From an uncultured Candidatus Saccharibacteria bacterium (GTDB taxonomy: Bacteria; Patescibacteriota; Doudnabacteria; UBA920; 2-01-FULL-46-14): 64,000 nt of DNA. The position numbers were made by a program, and so were the translations under genes. The stretch lies in the NCBI GenBank assembly GCA_964360335.1, contig CAYHVH010000001.1, forward strand, positions 23,426 through 87,425, in the 5' to 3' direction. How positions within the stretch are numbered: position 1 is the first letter of the stretch; every line of letters starts with the position of its first letter. Below, piece after piece: positions 1 through 9,379 of this stretch. The notes under the pieces are model-generated. The model was not told the origin of the DNA, ran no database searches, and saw only the letters and a list, made by a program, of their open reading frames with translations.

Positions 1-38
1 GATTTCACTAAATTTTTAACTTCAATGACGTTATTCAT
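1..38 (-). CDS. N-terminus of a probable ABC transporter ATP-binding protein (runs off window)
   Basis: ATG at 38 reads MNNVIEVKNLVK, a typical ABC ATPase start; only 12 codons visible. Confidence 0.45.
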   Translation of the reverse strand, partial: MNNVIEVKNLVK

Positions 39-46
39 ACTTGTTC

Positions 47-132
47 TGTCATCCCGGCCAAGCCTGCCCCGTACTTGATACGGGGAGCCGGGATCCAGGA
101 AGTATGGATTCCGGATCAAGCCCGGAATGACA
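47..132. repeat. GTCAT...ATGAC double-hairpin palindromic element with nested CCCCGTACTTGATACGGGG module
   Basis: TGTCATCCCGGC...GCCGGGATCCA...TGGATTCCGGATCAAGCCCGGAATGACA; nested hairpin 67-85; related to 6423-6505, 48255-48323, 49281-49331. Confidence 0.85.
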
Positions 133-481
133 ACTTGCGCGGTTTGGTTATATTTGGCTCCTTATCATATTTCGGTAAAACTATTTCCTTTATTTTTCCA
201 GACGGCCATTCGGCCACGGGAATACCTAAAGCATAGGCCAAAGCATTGGCTATGGCCACTCCGGTGCGCGTGGCAGAAAACGCCCCCGGGCCAGGATTAA
301 CGAGAATCTTAGTTAGCGCGGCGAGTTTAACTTTTTTCTTGCGCAAAAACTTCTCCAGTTCTGGAAGCAAGTTTTCCGAAAGACCTTCTACTGATTTTTC
401 CAGCCGAGCTAAAGTTTTCTGGTTTTCCAGAAGTGCAAGCGCCAAACGGCCCGATTGCGTTGTATCAATTAATAAATTCAT
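116..481 (-). CDS. tsaB: tRNA threonylcarbamoyladenosine biosynthesis protein TsaB (short form)
   Basis: LLIDT start, GPGAFSATRTG motif, ANALAYAL. Confidence 0.85.
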   Translation of the reverse strand: MNLLIDTTQSGRLALALLENQKTLARLEKSVEGLSENLLPELEKFLRKKKVKLAALTKILVNPGPGAFSATRTGVAIANALAYALGIPVAEWPSGKIKEIVLPKYDKEPNITKPRKLSFRA

Positions 482-496
482 CCTATCTACTCACTA

Positions 497-1876
497 CTAT
501 CTACTAACTCCTAACTTTTTAAGTTCTTCCCTTGCCACCTCCCGCTCGTCCCAAGGCAGCTCCACACCGTCCACATTCAAGCTTTGCTCGTGCCCCTTGC
601 CCGTGATGGCCACCAAATCACCGCTTTTGGCTTGGTTGAGGGCAAATCTGATAGCTTCGCGGCGATCAGGGATGATAAACAAATCAGTATTAAGGCGCTT
701 GTTTTTTACGCCGGACGCAATTTCTTGGCAGATTTTCTCGGCTGGTTCCGACCGATTGTCCTCTCGGGTTAAAACTATGGAGTTGGCAAACTCGTCGGCG
801 GCGCTTCCCATCAGCGGCCGCTTGGTCGAATCACGCTCGCCGGCGGCGCCAAACACCATAATAATGCTGCCCGAAACTTTCGGCCGTAAAAACGACAGCA
901 ACTCTCGCAAGCCGTTCGGCGTATGAGCAAAATCCACCAGGACCAAAAAAGGCGCTTTGGTTTCCAAAAACTCCATCCGGCCGGAAACGGTTTTTATCTG
1001 ACTAAGCCCCTTTTGAATACTGGCCACTGGAATTTTGTAAGCTGTAGCTACGGCAATGGCCGCCAAGGCATTTTTGACATTAAACTGGCCGGGAAGGCTC
1101 AACTCTATGGGAAAGCCGCCTGCTGGAGTATGAACTGAGAGCTTGCTTCCTTCCAAACTTTCATTGATGTCGCTGGCCCAAATCTGTGCCCGACTACTGA
1201 AGCCGTAAGTAAGCAACCTCTCCTTTAATTCCTCCCCATCGCTTGGGGAGGAAGATCGGAAGGAAAGACCATCACCAGGAGACCCGCCTTCGGCAAGCTT
1301 CGGACGGGCAGGTGGGGAGAGGGGGAGAGAGGTCGAAATTAATTTCAATAGTTGTTCATAACTTTTATCCTCTCGGTTCAAAACCGCGTATTTCACATTT
1401 TTAAACACTTTTGCTTTTGCCCGCAAATACTCCCCATAAGTTTTATGATAATCCAAATGCTCGTGGGTGACATTGGTAATGACCGCCGTTTCAAAGGTAA
1501 TTCCCCATGTCCGGTATTGGTCTAAGGCGTGGGAGGTGACTTCCAAAACCGCGTACTGGGAGCCGGCTTTGACCATTTGCTGAAGCAGCCGTTGCAACAA
1601 AAAGGAGCTGGGCGTGGTGGTATGCAGGCCGGTGTCAAGCGCTTGTCGCCCGATCTGCGCATTAATTGTCGAGAGAAAAGACACTGGCAGCCCTGCGGCT
1701 TTCAAGATGCTCGCTACGAGATTAACCGTCGTGGTTTTGCCGTCAGTACCAGTGACCCCGATGACATGCAGTTTGCGGGACGGGAAGCCATAGATAAAAT
1801 TCGCGAGGATGGCTCCCGCGAGGTGGTAGTAATTGATAAGTTTTTGACCTAAAAATTTACGTAAAAAGTTTTTCAT
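497..1876 (-). CDS. murE: UDP-N-acetylmuramoyl-tripeptide synthetase MurE with in-frame palindromic insertion
   Basis: GVTGTDGKTT, LEVTSH, TNVTHEHLDYH, DFAHTP, GKGHE. Confidence 0.9.
   Translation of the reverse strand: MKNFLRKFLGQKLINYYHLAGAILANFIYGFPSRKLHVIGVTGTDGKTTTVNLVASILKAAGLPVSFLSTINAQIGRQALDTGLHTTTPSSFLLQRLLQQMVKAGSQYAVLEVTSHALDQYRTWGITFETAVITNVTHEHLDYHKTYGEYLRAKAKVFKNVKYAVLNREDKSYEQLLKLISTSLPLSPPARPKLAEGGSPGDGLSFRSSSPSDGEELKERLLTYGFSSRAQIWASDINESLEGSKLSVHTPAGGFPIELSLPGQFNVKNALAAIAVATAYKIPVASIQKGLSQIKTVSGRMEFLETKAPFLVLVDFAHTPNGLRELLSFLRPKVSGSIIMVFGAAGERDSTKRPLMGSAADEFANSIVLTREDNRSEPAEKICQEIASGVKNKRLNTDLFIIPDRREAIRFALNQAKSGDLVAITGKGHEQSLNVDGVELPWDEREVAREELKKLGVSR
1214..1335. repeat. 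Composite boxC-like palindromic element, in frame in murE
   Basis: CAACCTCTCC...CCTCCCC-ATCGCTT-GGGGAGG plus inverted unit ending GAGAGGTCG containing nested GCCTTCGGCAAGCTTCGGACGGGCAGG. Confidence 0.9.
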
Positions 1877-1883
1877 GAAACTT

Positions 1884-2014
1884 CCCTCCTCCCCAGGCGC
1901 CCGGCCTTCGTAGCCACTTCGGCGGAGTAGGCTGGGGAGGAGAAGGAGGAGAGGTCGAACTGTGGATCCTTGTATGCAACCTCTCTCCAGCTCTCCCCTC
2001 GCCAGGGGAGAGAG
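1884..2014. repeat. Intergenic pair of boxC-like palindromic units (ruvA-murE)
   Basis: CTCCTCCCCAG[nested module]CTGGGGAGGAG...GAGAGGTCG and CAACCTCTC...CTCTCCCCTCGCCAGGGGAGAG. Confidence 0.9.
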
Positions 2015-2021
2015 TTAAGCG

Positions 2022-2606
2022 TTATTGTTTCGCCAAAAGCCGCAACGCTTCCCGAATCCTTTCCTCGGAAGAGCTGAGGTTTTTCGGAATCTCCGCCAAA
2101 GCCTGCCGCGCCTCGGACCGGCTATAACCGAGCGCCAGCAAAACGTCCAGCACGTCGGCATGGGCTTTGGAGAGTTCGCGCAAGTCCTCTTCTTTGCCGC
2201 CCAAGTCCTCGCTGATCTTGTCTTTGAGCTCGACGATGAGCCGCTCGGCGGTCTTGCGGCCAATCCCCGAAACTTTGGTAAAAACGGCGGGGTCCTCATT
2301 AACAATTCCGGATTTGATCATCGCCAAGTCCGCCAGCGACATCACGGACAAAGCGAGCTTCGGTCCCACGCCCGAGACCGTGAGCAAGAGTTCAAAAAAC
2401 TCGAGCTCCGCAGTGCTGGTAAAACCATAAAGTGCGAGCTGGTCTTCGCGAACATGAGTATGAATATACAGCGAAAGTTTTTTGCCAACCTCCGAGGTCA
2501 AAGAAAGCTGGGGAATGACAAAAACTTTGTAGCCGACATAGTCGGTCGCCAGGATAATGTAGTTTTTGCGGATGGCTTTAACGGTGCCGGAGAGATAGCC
2601 GATCAT
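2022..2606 (-). CDS. ruvA: Holliday junction branch migration protein RuvA
   Basis: MIGYLSG, VRED..LYGF, VSGVGPKLAL, GIGRKTAERLIVELK, ALGY. Confidence 0.97.
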   Translation of the reverse strand: MIGYLSGTVKAIRKNYIILATDYVGYKVFVIPQLSLTSEVGKKLSLYIHTHVREDQLALYGFTSTAELEFFELLLTVSGVGPKLALSVMSLADLAMIKSGIVNEDPAVFTKVSGIGRKTAERLIVELKDKISEDLGGKEEDLRELSKAHADVLDVLLALGYSRSEARQALAEIPKNLSSSEERIREALRLLAKQ

Positions 2607-2687
2607 GCAGGTATTATGCCTATTGAATAAGTTTTTTTCAATCTGCTAAAATGAAAGTTGACCCTGTCTAATCTAATGCTAATGCTG

Positions 2688-2782
2688 CCCTCTCCAGGCG
2701 TGGAGAGGGACTAAGGGAGAGGTCGCATTTGCGACATAATAAACGACCTCTCTTCCGGCCTCTCCCCACGCCTGGGGAGAGG
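2688..2782. repeat. Intergenic pair of boxC-like palindromic units upstream of uvrB
   Basis: CCCTCTCCAGGCGTGGAGAGGG..GAGAGGTCG / CGACCTCTC..CCTCTCCCCACGCCTGGGGAGAGG. Confidence 0.9.
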
Positions 2783-2793
2783 AGAAGTAGCTT

Positions 2794-4785
2794 ATGCAGA
2801 AATTCAAACTCGTCTCAAAATTTCAACCCGCGGGCGACCAACCCCAAGCGATTGAAAAACTCGTGGCTGGCATCAAAAAAGGCCATAATTTTCAAACCCT
2901 CCTGGGCGTTACCGGCAGCGGCAAGACTTTTACCATGGCCAACGTGATCCAGGAAATCCAAAAACCCACGCTGGTGATTTCCCATAACAAAACTTTGACT
3001 GCCCAGCTCGCCTCGGAATTCCAGGAATTTTTCCCGCAAAACGCCGTGCACTATTTCGTTTCCTATTACGACTACTACCAACCCGAGGCATATATTCCCC
3101 GCACTGACACTTATATTGAAAAAGAAACCGATATTAATGAGGAAATTGATAGGTTGCGAAATGCGGCCACCATGTCTTTACTGACCCGCAAAGACGTCCT
3201 GATTGTCGCCTCGGTATCCTGCATTTACGGCCTCGGCAACCCCAGCAACTATTTGGATTTGAGTCTGCTCCTCGAAACCGGCAAACCCTACAAGCGGGAA
3301 AAGCTTTTGCGGCGAATAGTGGATCTGCAGTACCTGCGCAATGACTTGGAACTGCGCCGAGGGACTTTCCGCTTGCGCGGCGACGTCTTGGAAATTGTGC
3401 CGGCGCACGAGGACCGAGTATTAAGATTGGACTTTTTTGGCGACACTCTGGAAAAAATCACGGAGTTCGAGGCGCTCACCGGCGAGGACGAAACAAAGCA
3501 CGACTCCTACCGCCTGTTTCCGGCCAAGCACTTCATCACCCCACACGACAAACTGCTTTTGGCCGCCGACAACATCCGCCAGGAACTGCGGGAGAGACTG
3601 CAGTATTTCAAAAGCCGCAATCTCCTTCTCGAAGCCCAGCGCATCGAACAGCGCACGAATTTCGACCTTGAGATGATGCTCGAGACCGGCTACGTCAACG
3701 GGATTGAAAATTACTCGCGACAGTTAGATTTCCGCAAACCGGGGGAACCACCCTCCACCCTCCTTGACTATTTTCCCGACGACTTTCTGTTGTTTATTGA
3801 CGAATCGCACATGACCGTGCCGCAAATTCGCGGGATGTATGAGGGAGATCACTCCCGCAAAAAAAACCTGGTCGACTACGGCTTTCGGCTGCCTTCGGCT
3901 CTGGACAACCGGCCTCTGAAATTTTCCGAGTTTTTGAAGAAAGTTGGCCGGGCGGTTTTTGTCTCGGCGACTCCGGCAGAATACGAAATCAACAAGTCCC
4001 GCCAAATCGTAGAACAGCTCGTGCGCCCGACGGGGCTCTTGGACCCGGAGGTTGAGGTCCGTCCAACCCGCCACCAGATTGACGACCTGCTCGAGGAGAT
4101 TCGGAAGCGCACCGACCAGGCCCAGCGCGTATTGGTAACGACTCTGACCAAAAAAATGGCCGAGGAACTCTCTGAGTACCTCAAGGAAATTGGGGTGAAG
4201 ACTCACTATCTGCACTCGGACATTGACACCTTTGAGCGCCTCGAGATCCTGCGCGATCTGCGCCTCGGAGTTTACGATGTAGTGGTGGGGATTAACCTTT
4301 TGCGGGAGGGCTTGGATCTGCCGGAAGTCTCCCTGATAGCGATCTTGGACGCTGACAAAGAAGGATACTTGCGCTCAAAAACCGCACTACTGCAGGTGAT
4401 GGGCCGCGCCGCGCGACATTTAGACGGCCACATCATCATGTACGCTGACCGCGTGACTGGCTCGATGCGCTCCGCCATGGACGAAGTCCAAAGACGCCGC
4501 AAAATCCAGGAGGAGTATAACCGGCGTCACGGCATTACCCCGCAGAGTATTATCAAAGAGGTCCGGGAAAGCCGTTTGGCGGGGGCAAAAATCGCTCCTG
4601 CAGAACAAAAAACTGAAATCGATTACGCCAAGCTCGACAAAAAAGAACTAAGATATTACCTTGAGGAGCTCAAAGACCGCATGGATTTGGCCTCAAAAAA
4701 TCTGGAATTTGAAAAAGCCGCCGCGCTAAGAGACGAGATCATCGAAATAAATAAAAGCCTCAAACGGACGAGGCATAAAGTTTGA
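2794..4785 (+). CDS. uvrB: Excinuclease ABC subunit B
   Basis: [39 protein letters not shown]-terminal UVR coil. Confidence 0.98.
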   Translation: MQKFKLVSKFQPAGDQPQAIEKLVAGIKKGHNFQTLLGVTGSGKTFTMANVIQEIQKPTLVISHNKTLTAQLASEFQEFFPQNAVHYFVSYYDYYQPEAYIPRTDTYIEKETDINEEIDRLRNAATMSLLTRKDVLIVASVSCIYGLGNPSNYLDLSLLLETGKPYKREKLLRRIVDLQYLRNDLELRRGTFRLRGDVLEIVPAHEDRVLRLDFFGDTLEKITEFEALTGEDETKHDSYRLFPAKHFITPHDKLLLAADNIRQELRERLQYFKSRNLLLEAQRIEQRTNFDLEMMLETGYVNGIENYSRQLDFRKPGEPPSTLLDYFPDDFLLFIDESHMTVPQIRGMYEGDHSRKKNLVDYGFRLPSALDNRPLKFSEFLKKVGRAVFVSATPAEYEINKSRQIVEQLVRPTGLLDPEVEVRPTRHQIDDLLEEIRKRTDQAQRVLVTTLTKKMAEELSEYLKEIGVKTHYLHSDIDTFERLEILRDLRLGVYDVVVGINLLREGLDLPEVSLIAILDADKEGYLRSKTALLQVMGRAARHLDGHIIMYADRVTGSMRSAMDEVQRRRKIQEEYNRRHGITPQSIIKEVRESRLAGAKIAPAEQKTEIDYAKLDKKELRYYLEELKDRMDLASKNLEFEKAAALRDEIIEINKSLKRTRHKV

Positions 4786-4848
4786 GCGATCCGAATGATC
4801 CTAATTTTCATCCGAATGTTCCAAATCAGGTAGATTGGGATCGCTTTT

Positions 4849-5109
4849 TTATATTTTCGCTATCGCCTGACTAAGCCGAGATTTCAATCGCGCGGCTTTG
4901 TTTTTGTGAATGACGTGCTTTTTCCAAGCCTTGTCGATTTGTTTGTAGGCAAGACTTAAGGCTTTGACCGCTTCTTCTTTCTTTTTCGCGGCCACGGCCT
5001 GGCGAACAGACTTTACCGCATCCTTGTACTTCCCAATAGTCACTAGGTTAATCGTCCGTCTGCGACGGCTCTGTCTCATCGCCTTGGCTGCAGATCGCGT
5101 AATCGGCAT
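4849..5109 (-). CDS. rpsT: 30S ribosomal protein S20
   Basis: MPITRSAAKAMRQ...IDKA..K.VIHKNKAARLKSRL; start placed at ATG 5109. Confidence 0.95.
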   Translation of the reverse strand: MPITRSAAKAMRQSRRRRTINLVTIGKYKDAVKSVRQAVAAKKKEEAVKALSLAYKQIDKAWKKHVIHKNKAARLKSRLSQAIAKI

Positions 5110-5177
5110 GATAGTAAAAAAATAAAATTCAAACGTTAAATGACGTAGCGTTACATTAGCAAAAAAGGGAAACCCGG

Positions 5178-6410
5178 TCAACCCCGGAACAGCTTGTAAA
5201 GTTTAAACAGCGCGTAAAATGCCCGATTCAAAACCAGATCCCGGGCGCCGACACCGTAGACTTCCTTGCCCGTCACTCCGGCCGTGACATACCGGGTTTT
5301 GAACCGGGTAATCCCAGCCCAAGGATGGTCTGGTTCGTTCGGCGGGGCGACGCCCCACAAATCATACCATTTTTTGCCGCGTTGTCTGCTTAATTTGATT
5401 GCTTCCCAAAGGACAAGGCTTGGAGCATTGGCGGTTCGCTCTTTGGCAGAAGAAGCCGCGTACAAATAAGTTCCGGAATCACCGAAAAGCATAATGACGG
5501 CGGCAGCCAGGATTTCGCCTTGATATTCGCCGACCAGAAGCTCGGCGTGGGGTGCAAGCGACCTCTCCTTTGGTCCCTCCCCACGCCTGGGGAGGGAAGA
5601 AGAAAATAAAGCTTCTACTTGCGGAGTATTTGACCCCTCCTCAACCCTCCCCTCCTGCCCGTCCGGCAGGCGGGCGTCAGGAGAGGGAGTCATGAAGATA
5701 TCACGGAATTTCATGAATCGCTCGCGCGGCCAAGATACAATCCCGTCTCGTTTGGTGGTTTCCTCCAAAAGCTTCAAGAAAATTTCAAAAGCCCCTTTGT
5801 CTTGAGTCGCTACTCGCACTTTTACTCCCCTGCGCTGGGCGAGGCGGATATTGTAGCGGGATTTTTCGTGCATATTCTCCAAGAGTTCTTCCTCGCTTCT
5901 GCTTAAATCCACCAAAATCGTGCGAGCTGGCTCCATCTGCCGAAGCAAAATCTCGGGCTTTCTGAAACCCAGACCTGCAAGCGACCTCTCCTTCAACTCC
6001 TCCCCATCGCCTGGGGAGGAAGAGACAGAAGGATGCGGCGGATTAATTCTCGCCAAAACGGATTTTTCCTGCCGGCCGATTTCTTTGATTTTTTCTATCA
6101 AGGCCTGCATACCCCCTCTCCACTCTCCCCCTAAGTTAGGGGGAGAAAAAGAGGGGGTACCGCCCAATTCATGATTCGTAATTCTTGATTCGTCGAAAAT
6201 CGGTCCCTTCGGCACTTCCAAATAAGTTCTGCCAAACGGCAGCCTTTTTATTACGACTTGCGCTAAAAGCTGGTTCTGGATATCGAAGCGATAAACTTTG
6301 TGGCCGAGAGCGGCTTGAAACTGCCCCCATTGCCAGGACTGGAGGAAAGAGGAAGGAGAAGAGTTCCTGGCTACAAATTCATTCCAATTATCTTTAGAAA
6401 GTAGATTCAT
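5178..6410 (-). CDS. FemABX-family peptidoglycan interpeptide bridge aminoacyltransferase with three in-frame repeat insertions
   Basis: FLQSWQWG, PKGP, RYNIRLAQRRGV, YLYAAS, YDLWG, GITRFK. Confidence 0.9.
   Translation of the reverse strand: MNLLSKDNWNEFVARNSSPSSFLQSWQWGQFQAALGHKVYRFDIQNQLLAQVVIKRLPFGRTYLEVPKGPIFDESRITNHELGGTPSFSPPNLGGEWRGGMQALIEKIKEIGRQEKSVLARINPPHPSVSSSPGDGEELKERSLAGLGFRKPEILLRQMEPARTILVDLSRSEEELLENMHEKSRYNIRLAQRRGVKVRVATQDKGAFEIFLKLLEETTKRDGIVSWPRERFMKFRDIFMTPSPDARLPDGQEGRVEEGSNTPQVEALFSSSLPRRGEGPKERSLAPHAELLVGEYQGEILAAAVIMLFGDSGTYLYAASSAKERTANAPSLVLWEAIKLSRQRGKKWYDLWGVAPPNEPDHPWAGITRFKTRYVTAGVTGKEVYGVGARDLVLNRAFYALFKLYKLFRG
5559..5689. repeat. Two tandem boxC-like units in frame in femABX gene
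   Basis: CGACCTCTCC..CCCTCCCCACGCCTGGGGAGGG (5559-5596) and GACCCCTCC..CCCTC[CCTGCCCGTCCGGCAGGCGGG]..GAGAGGG (5632-5689). Confidence 0.9.
5982..6022. repeat. boxC-like unit in frame in femABX gene
   Basis: CGACCTCTCC..TCCTCCCCATCGCCTGGGGAGGA; near-identical to murE unit 1214-1254. Confidence 0.9.
6110..6194. repeat. Palindrome plus four 7-mer repeats in frame in femABX gene
   Basis: TACCCCCTC..TCTCCCCCTAAGTTAGGGGGAGA..GAGGGGGTA then ATTCATG ATTCGTA ATTCTTG ATTCGTC. Confidence 0.85.
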
Positions 6411-6422
6411 AATTATACGCTC

Positions 6423-6505
6423 GCCATTCTGGAGTCCCGCCCTCTGGCGGGACGATAGAATCCTAGAGATCCTTCCCCCTCGACTACGCTCGGGGTCAGG
6501 ATTAC
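6423..6505. repeat. Degenerate GTCAT...ATGAC-type element with nested modules; overlaps polA stop
   Basis: GCCATTCT..GTCCCGCC-CTCT-GGCGGGAC..AGAATC..GATCCT..CCCCTCGACTACGCTCGGGG..CAGGATTAC. Confidence 0.75.
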
Positions 6506-9276
6506 ACGGCTTGCCGTGTCATCTCTTCCCAATTATCGCCGAACTTGGCTTCCACGACGAGGGGAACTTTGAGTTTATAAATATTCTGCATGATTTTGGT
6601 AATTTTTCCGGCATAGTCATCAACTTTCTTTTCGGCTATTTCAAACACCAGCTCATCGTGAACCTGTAAGAGCAACCGGCAATCCTCGCGAGACGTCAAA
6701 TTTTCCTCCGCCAGTTTGTTCATCGCCAGTTTGATAATATCCGCCGAAAGCGATTGAAACGGCATGTTGATGGCCGCTCGTTCAGCAGCGGCGCGAACTG
6801 GCCACTGCGAAGAATTAATCTCGGGGAGATACCGGAGTCGCCCGAGTTCGTTTTTGACGTAGCCCGAGCGGCGCGTTTCCCCAACTATTTCCTCAAGGTA
6901 GTGAGTCAAGCTGTGATAGGTTTCGAAATATTTATCGATAAAATCTTGGGCTTCGCCTTGGGACACTCCTTTGATCCGGCTCTTGAGACCATAAGCGGAA
7001 AGGCCGTAGAGTACCCCGAAATTTATGGTCTTGGCATCTCGGCGCATTTCCGGGGTAATTTCGACCTCTCCTCCAGCTCCTCCCCTCGCCAGGGGAGAAG
7101 GGAGGGATTGAAAAATCTCGCGAGCTGTTGCTTCGTGAATGTCGCCGCCTTCGTGAAAAACTTTAATCATTTTCTCGTCGCCCGACAAATGGGCGGCCAG
7201 ACGAAGCTCAATCTGGGAGTAGTCCACGGACAGCAATTTATACCCTGTTTCGGCAACGAACGCCCCGCGGATTTTTCGACCAAACTCGGTGCGGATCGGA
7301 ATGTTCTGGAGATTCGGTTCGCTGGAGGACAATCGCCCGGTGGCAGTAACTGTCTGGTTAAAACTTGTGTGTAGCCGCCGCGTTTGAGGACTAACCAAAT
7401 CCGGCAAGGCATCTAGATAAGTATTTTTAAGTTTCGTTAATTCCCGCCATTCCGATATCAAATCAATAATCGGATGCAATCCTTTGAGCTTCTCGAGTTC
7501 CGTGGCCGCCGTGGACAGGCCGGTTTTGCCTTTTTTGAGCTCCTCGGTGGGAATCCCCAATTTCTCAAATAATATCTGTTTTAGCTGGATCGGGCTGCCG
7601 ATGTTAAATCTCTCGCCCGAAAGCCGGTAAATCTTCTGTTCGAGTTTCGAAATCTCCGCCGTGGCCTCGGCCGACAACTCCTTCAAGCACGACGGATTGA
7701 CCTTTACTCCCCAGCGTTCCATTTCCGCCAAAACTCTCACCAGCGGCATTTCGATCTCATAAAAAATTTTCTCTAAATCTTTACTTCTTAGCTCTTTTTC
7801 CAGTTTTTGTTTTAGCCGGAAAGTGTAGTCCACATCCTCGCAACAGTAAGCCGCGACCTCTCGGACCGGCACTTCGGCCATGCTAATCTCTTTTTTGCCT
7901 TCGCCAATCAAACTTTTAATCGGGGTTTTCCGGAAGCCAAACTCGGTAAAACTTAGGGTGTCCAAATCGAAATTCCGCGCCCCGGGGTTTAAAAGATAGG
8001 CGGCAATCATCGTGTCAAAAAACTCTCCTCCCAAAATCACTCCGGCCTTTTGCAAAATCAAATAATCATACTTGAGATTATGGCCGATTTTCAGAACTTC
8101 CGGATTCTGCAAAATTTCCGTGAGGGCCGGGGAAATCATCGCCGCCGGCAGGTAAAAGGCCCGGTTTTCTTGCCACGCCAACCCGAGGCCGAGAAGCTCA
8201 GCCTGCATCGGGTGAACCGAGGTCGTTTCGGTATCAATAGCGATTTGTTTCTGCCTCTCAAGCTCAGTAATGATGCTTTGGAATTTTTTCGGCGTATCAA
8301 GGAGCTGATAGTCAAATTCCTCCTCGCCCCCTCTGCTCCCTCGAGCTCTACTTAGGGCAGGCTCATGAGGGGAGTGGGGGATGTCAGTCTTTGGCAGTTT
8401 ATCCAAAAGTGAACGGAACTCCAGCTCCTGAAAAAGTTTAAAAACTTTCTGTTCATCATAAGCCAGAAGCCGGGCCTGGGTTAAATCCAGTTTCACCGGG
8501 AGGTTTTTGACGATTGTTGCCAATTTTTTGGAAATTTCCGCATCCGCCCGGTGTTCCAGAAGCAGTCGAGCGACGCGCGGCTTGAGCGCCGAGTGGTCTT
8601 TGCCGACTAAATATTTATAAATTCCTTCCAAGGTCTTAAATTTTTGCAGGAGCTCGGTCGCGGTTTTTTCCCCGATGCCTTTGACCCCGGGAATGTTATC
8701 CGAAGGATCACCGCGCAGGGCTTTAAAATCTAGAAGTTCCTCGGGTCTGAGGCCATATCGCTCCCGAACCGCCCCCACGTCATAAAGTTTGGTTTCGGTC
8801 AAGCCTTGCTTAGGAGCATAGACTTTCACCCGTTCGTCTACTAATTGCAGGGTGTCCAAATCCCCGGTTAAAATCACAGTATCCAAATCTTCCTGCTTCC
8901 GGGCTTTTTCGGCCAGAGTGCCAATCAAATCATCAGCTTCATAACTTTCCAGTTCATAGACTGGAAGATTAAAAGCTCTGACCAATTCTTTGACGCGGGG
9001 AATTTGCTCATAAAGTTCGGCGGGGGCTTTAATTCTTGTTGCCTTATAAGGCTCATAAATTTTTTCCCGGAAAGTTGGCGCCGGAAAGTCAAACGTCACT
9101 GCCACGTACTCGGGCCGCAGTTCTTTGAGGGCTTTCAAAAACAACAGGGCAAAACCGTAAACGCCGTTTACTGGCTCGCCCTTTTTGGTGGACAGGTGAG
9201 GAATCGCGTGAAAGCCGCGGTGGACCAAAGCATTGCCGTCTACCAATAATAAAACTGGTTTATCTTTGCTGGACAT
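6502..9276 (-). CDS. polA: DNA polymerase I
   Basis: DGNALVHR, EADD, GDPSDNIPGV, DTET, TGRLSS.EPNLQNIP, DYSQIELR, AKTINFG, QVHDEL. Confidence 0.98.
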   Translation of the reverse strand: MSSKDKPVLLLVDGNALVHRGFHAIPHLSTKKGEPVNGVYGFALLFLKALKELRPEYVAVTFDFPAPTFREKIYEPYKATRIKAPAELYEQIPRVKELVRAFNLPVYELESYEADDLIGTLAEKARKQEDLDTVILTGDLDTLQLVDERVKVYAPKQGLTETKLYDVGAVRERYGLRPEELLDFKALRGDPSDNIPGVKGIGEKTATELLQKFKTLEGIYKYLVGKDHSALKPRVARLLLEHRADAEISKKLATIVKNLPVKLDLTQARLLAYDEQKVFKLFQELEFRSLLDKLPKTDIPHSPHEPALSRARGSRGGEEEFDYQLLDTPKKFQSIITELERQKQIAIDTETTSVHPMQAELLGLGLAWQENRAFYLPAAMISPALTEILQNPEVLKIGHNLKYDYLILQKAGVILGGEFFDTMIAAYLLNPGARNFDLDTLSFTEFGFRKTPIKSLIGEGKKEISMAEVPVREVAAYCCEDVDYTFRLKQKLEKELRSKDLEKIFYEIEMPLVRVLAEMERWGVKVNPSCLKELSAEATAEISKLEQKIYRLSGERFNIGSPIQLKQILFEKLGIPTEELKKGKTGLSTAATELEKLKGLHPIIDLISEWRELTKLKNTYLDALPDLVSPQTRRLHTSFNQTVTATGRLSSSEPNLQNIPIRTEFGRKIRGAFVAETGYKLLSVDYSQIELRLAAHLSGDEKMIKVFHEGGDIHEATAREIFQSLPSPLARGGAGGEVEITPEMRRDAKTINFGVLYGLSAYGLKSRIKGVSQGEAQDFIDKYFETYHSLTHYLEEIVGETRRSGYVKNELGRLRYLPEINSSQWPVRAAAERAAINMPFQSLSADIIKLAMNKLAEENLTSREDCRLLLQVHDELVFEIAEKKVDDYAGKITKIMQNIYKLKVPLVVEAKFGDNWEEMTRQAV
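7062..7106. repeat. boxC-like unit in frame in polA (fingers subdomain)
   Basis: CGACCTCTCCTCCAGCTCCTCCCCTCGCCAGGGGAGAAGG; shares TCCCCTCGCCAGGGGAGA with intergenic copy near 1994-2011. Confidence 0.9.
8327..8380. repeat. Palindromic element with nested module in frame in polA interdomain linker
   Basis: CCCCCTCTGCTCCCTC..GAGGGGAGTGGGGG flanking GAGCTCTACTTAGGGCAGGC. Confidence 0.7.
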
Positions 9277-9379
9277 ATCTTCATGCTATCAAAAAATCGC
9301 CCCCAAGGCGACAGCTGGAAATTTCCAATTTCTAAACAACCTCCAAATCCCAACGACCAAAATTAGAAATTTTTTTGAA

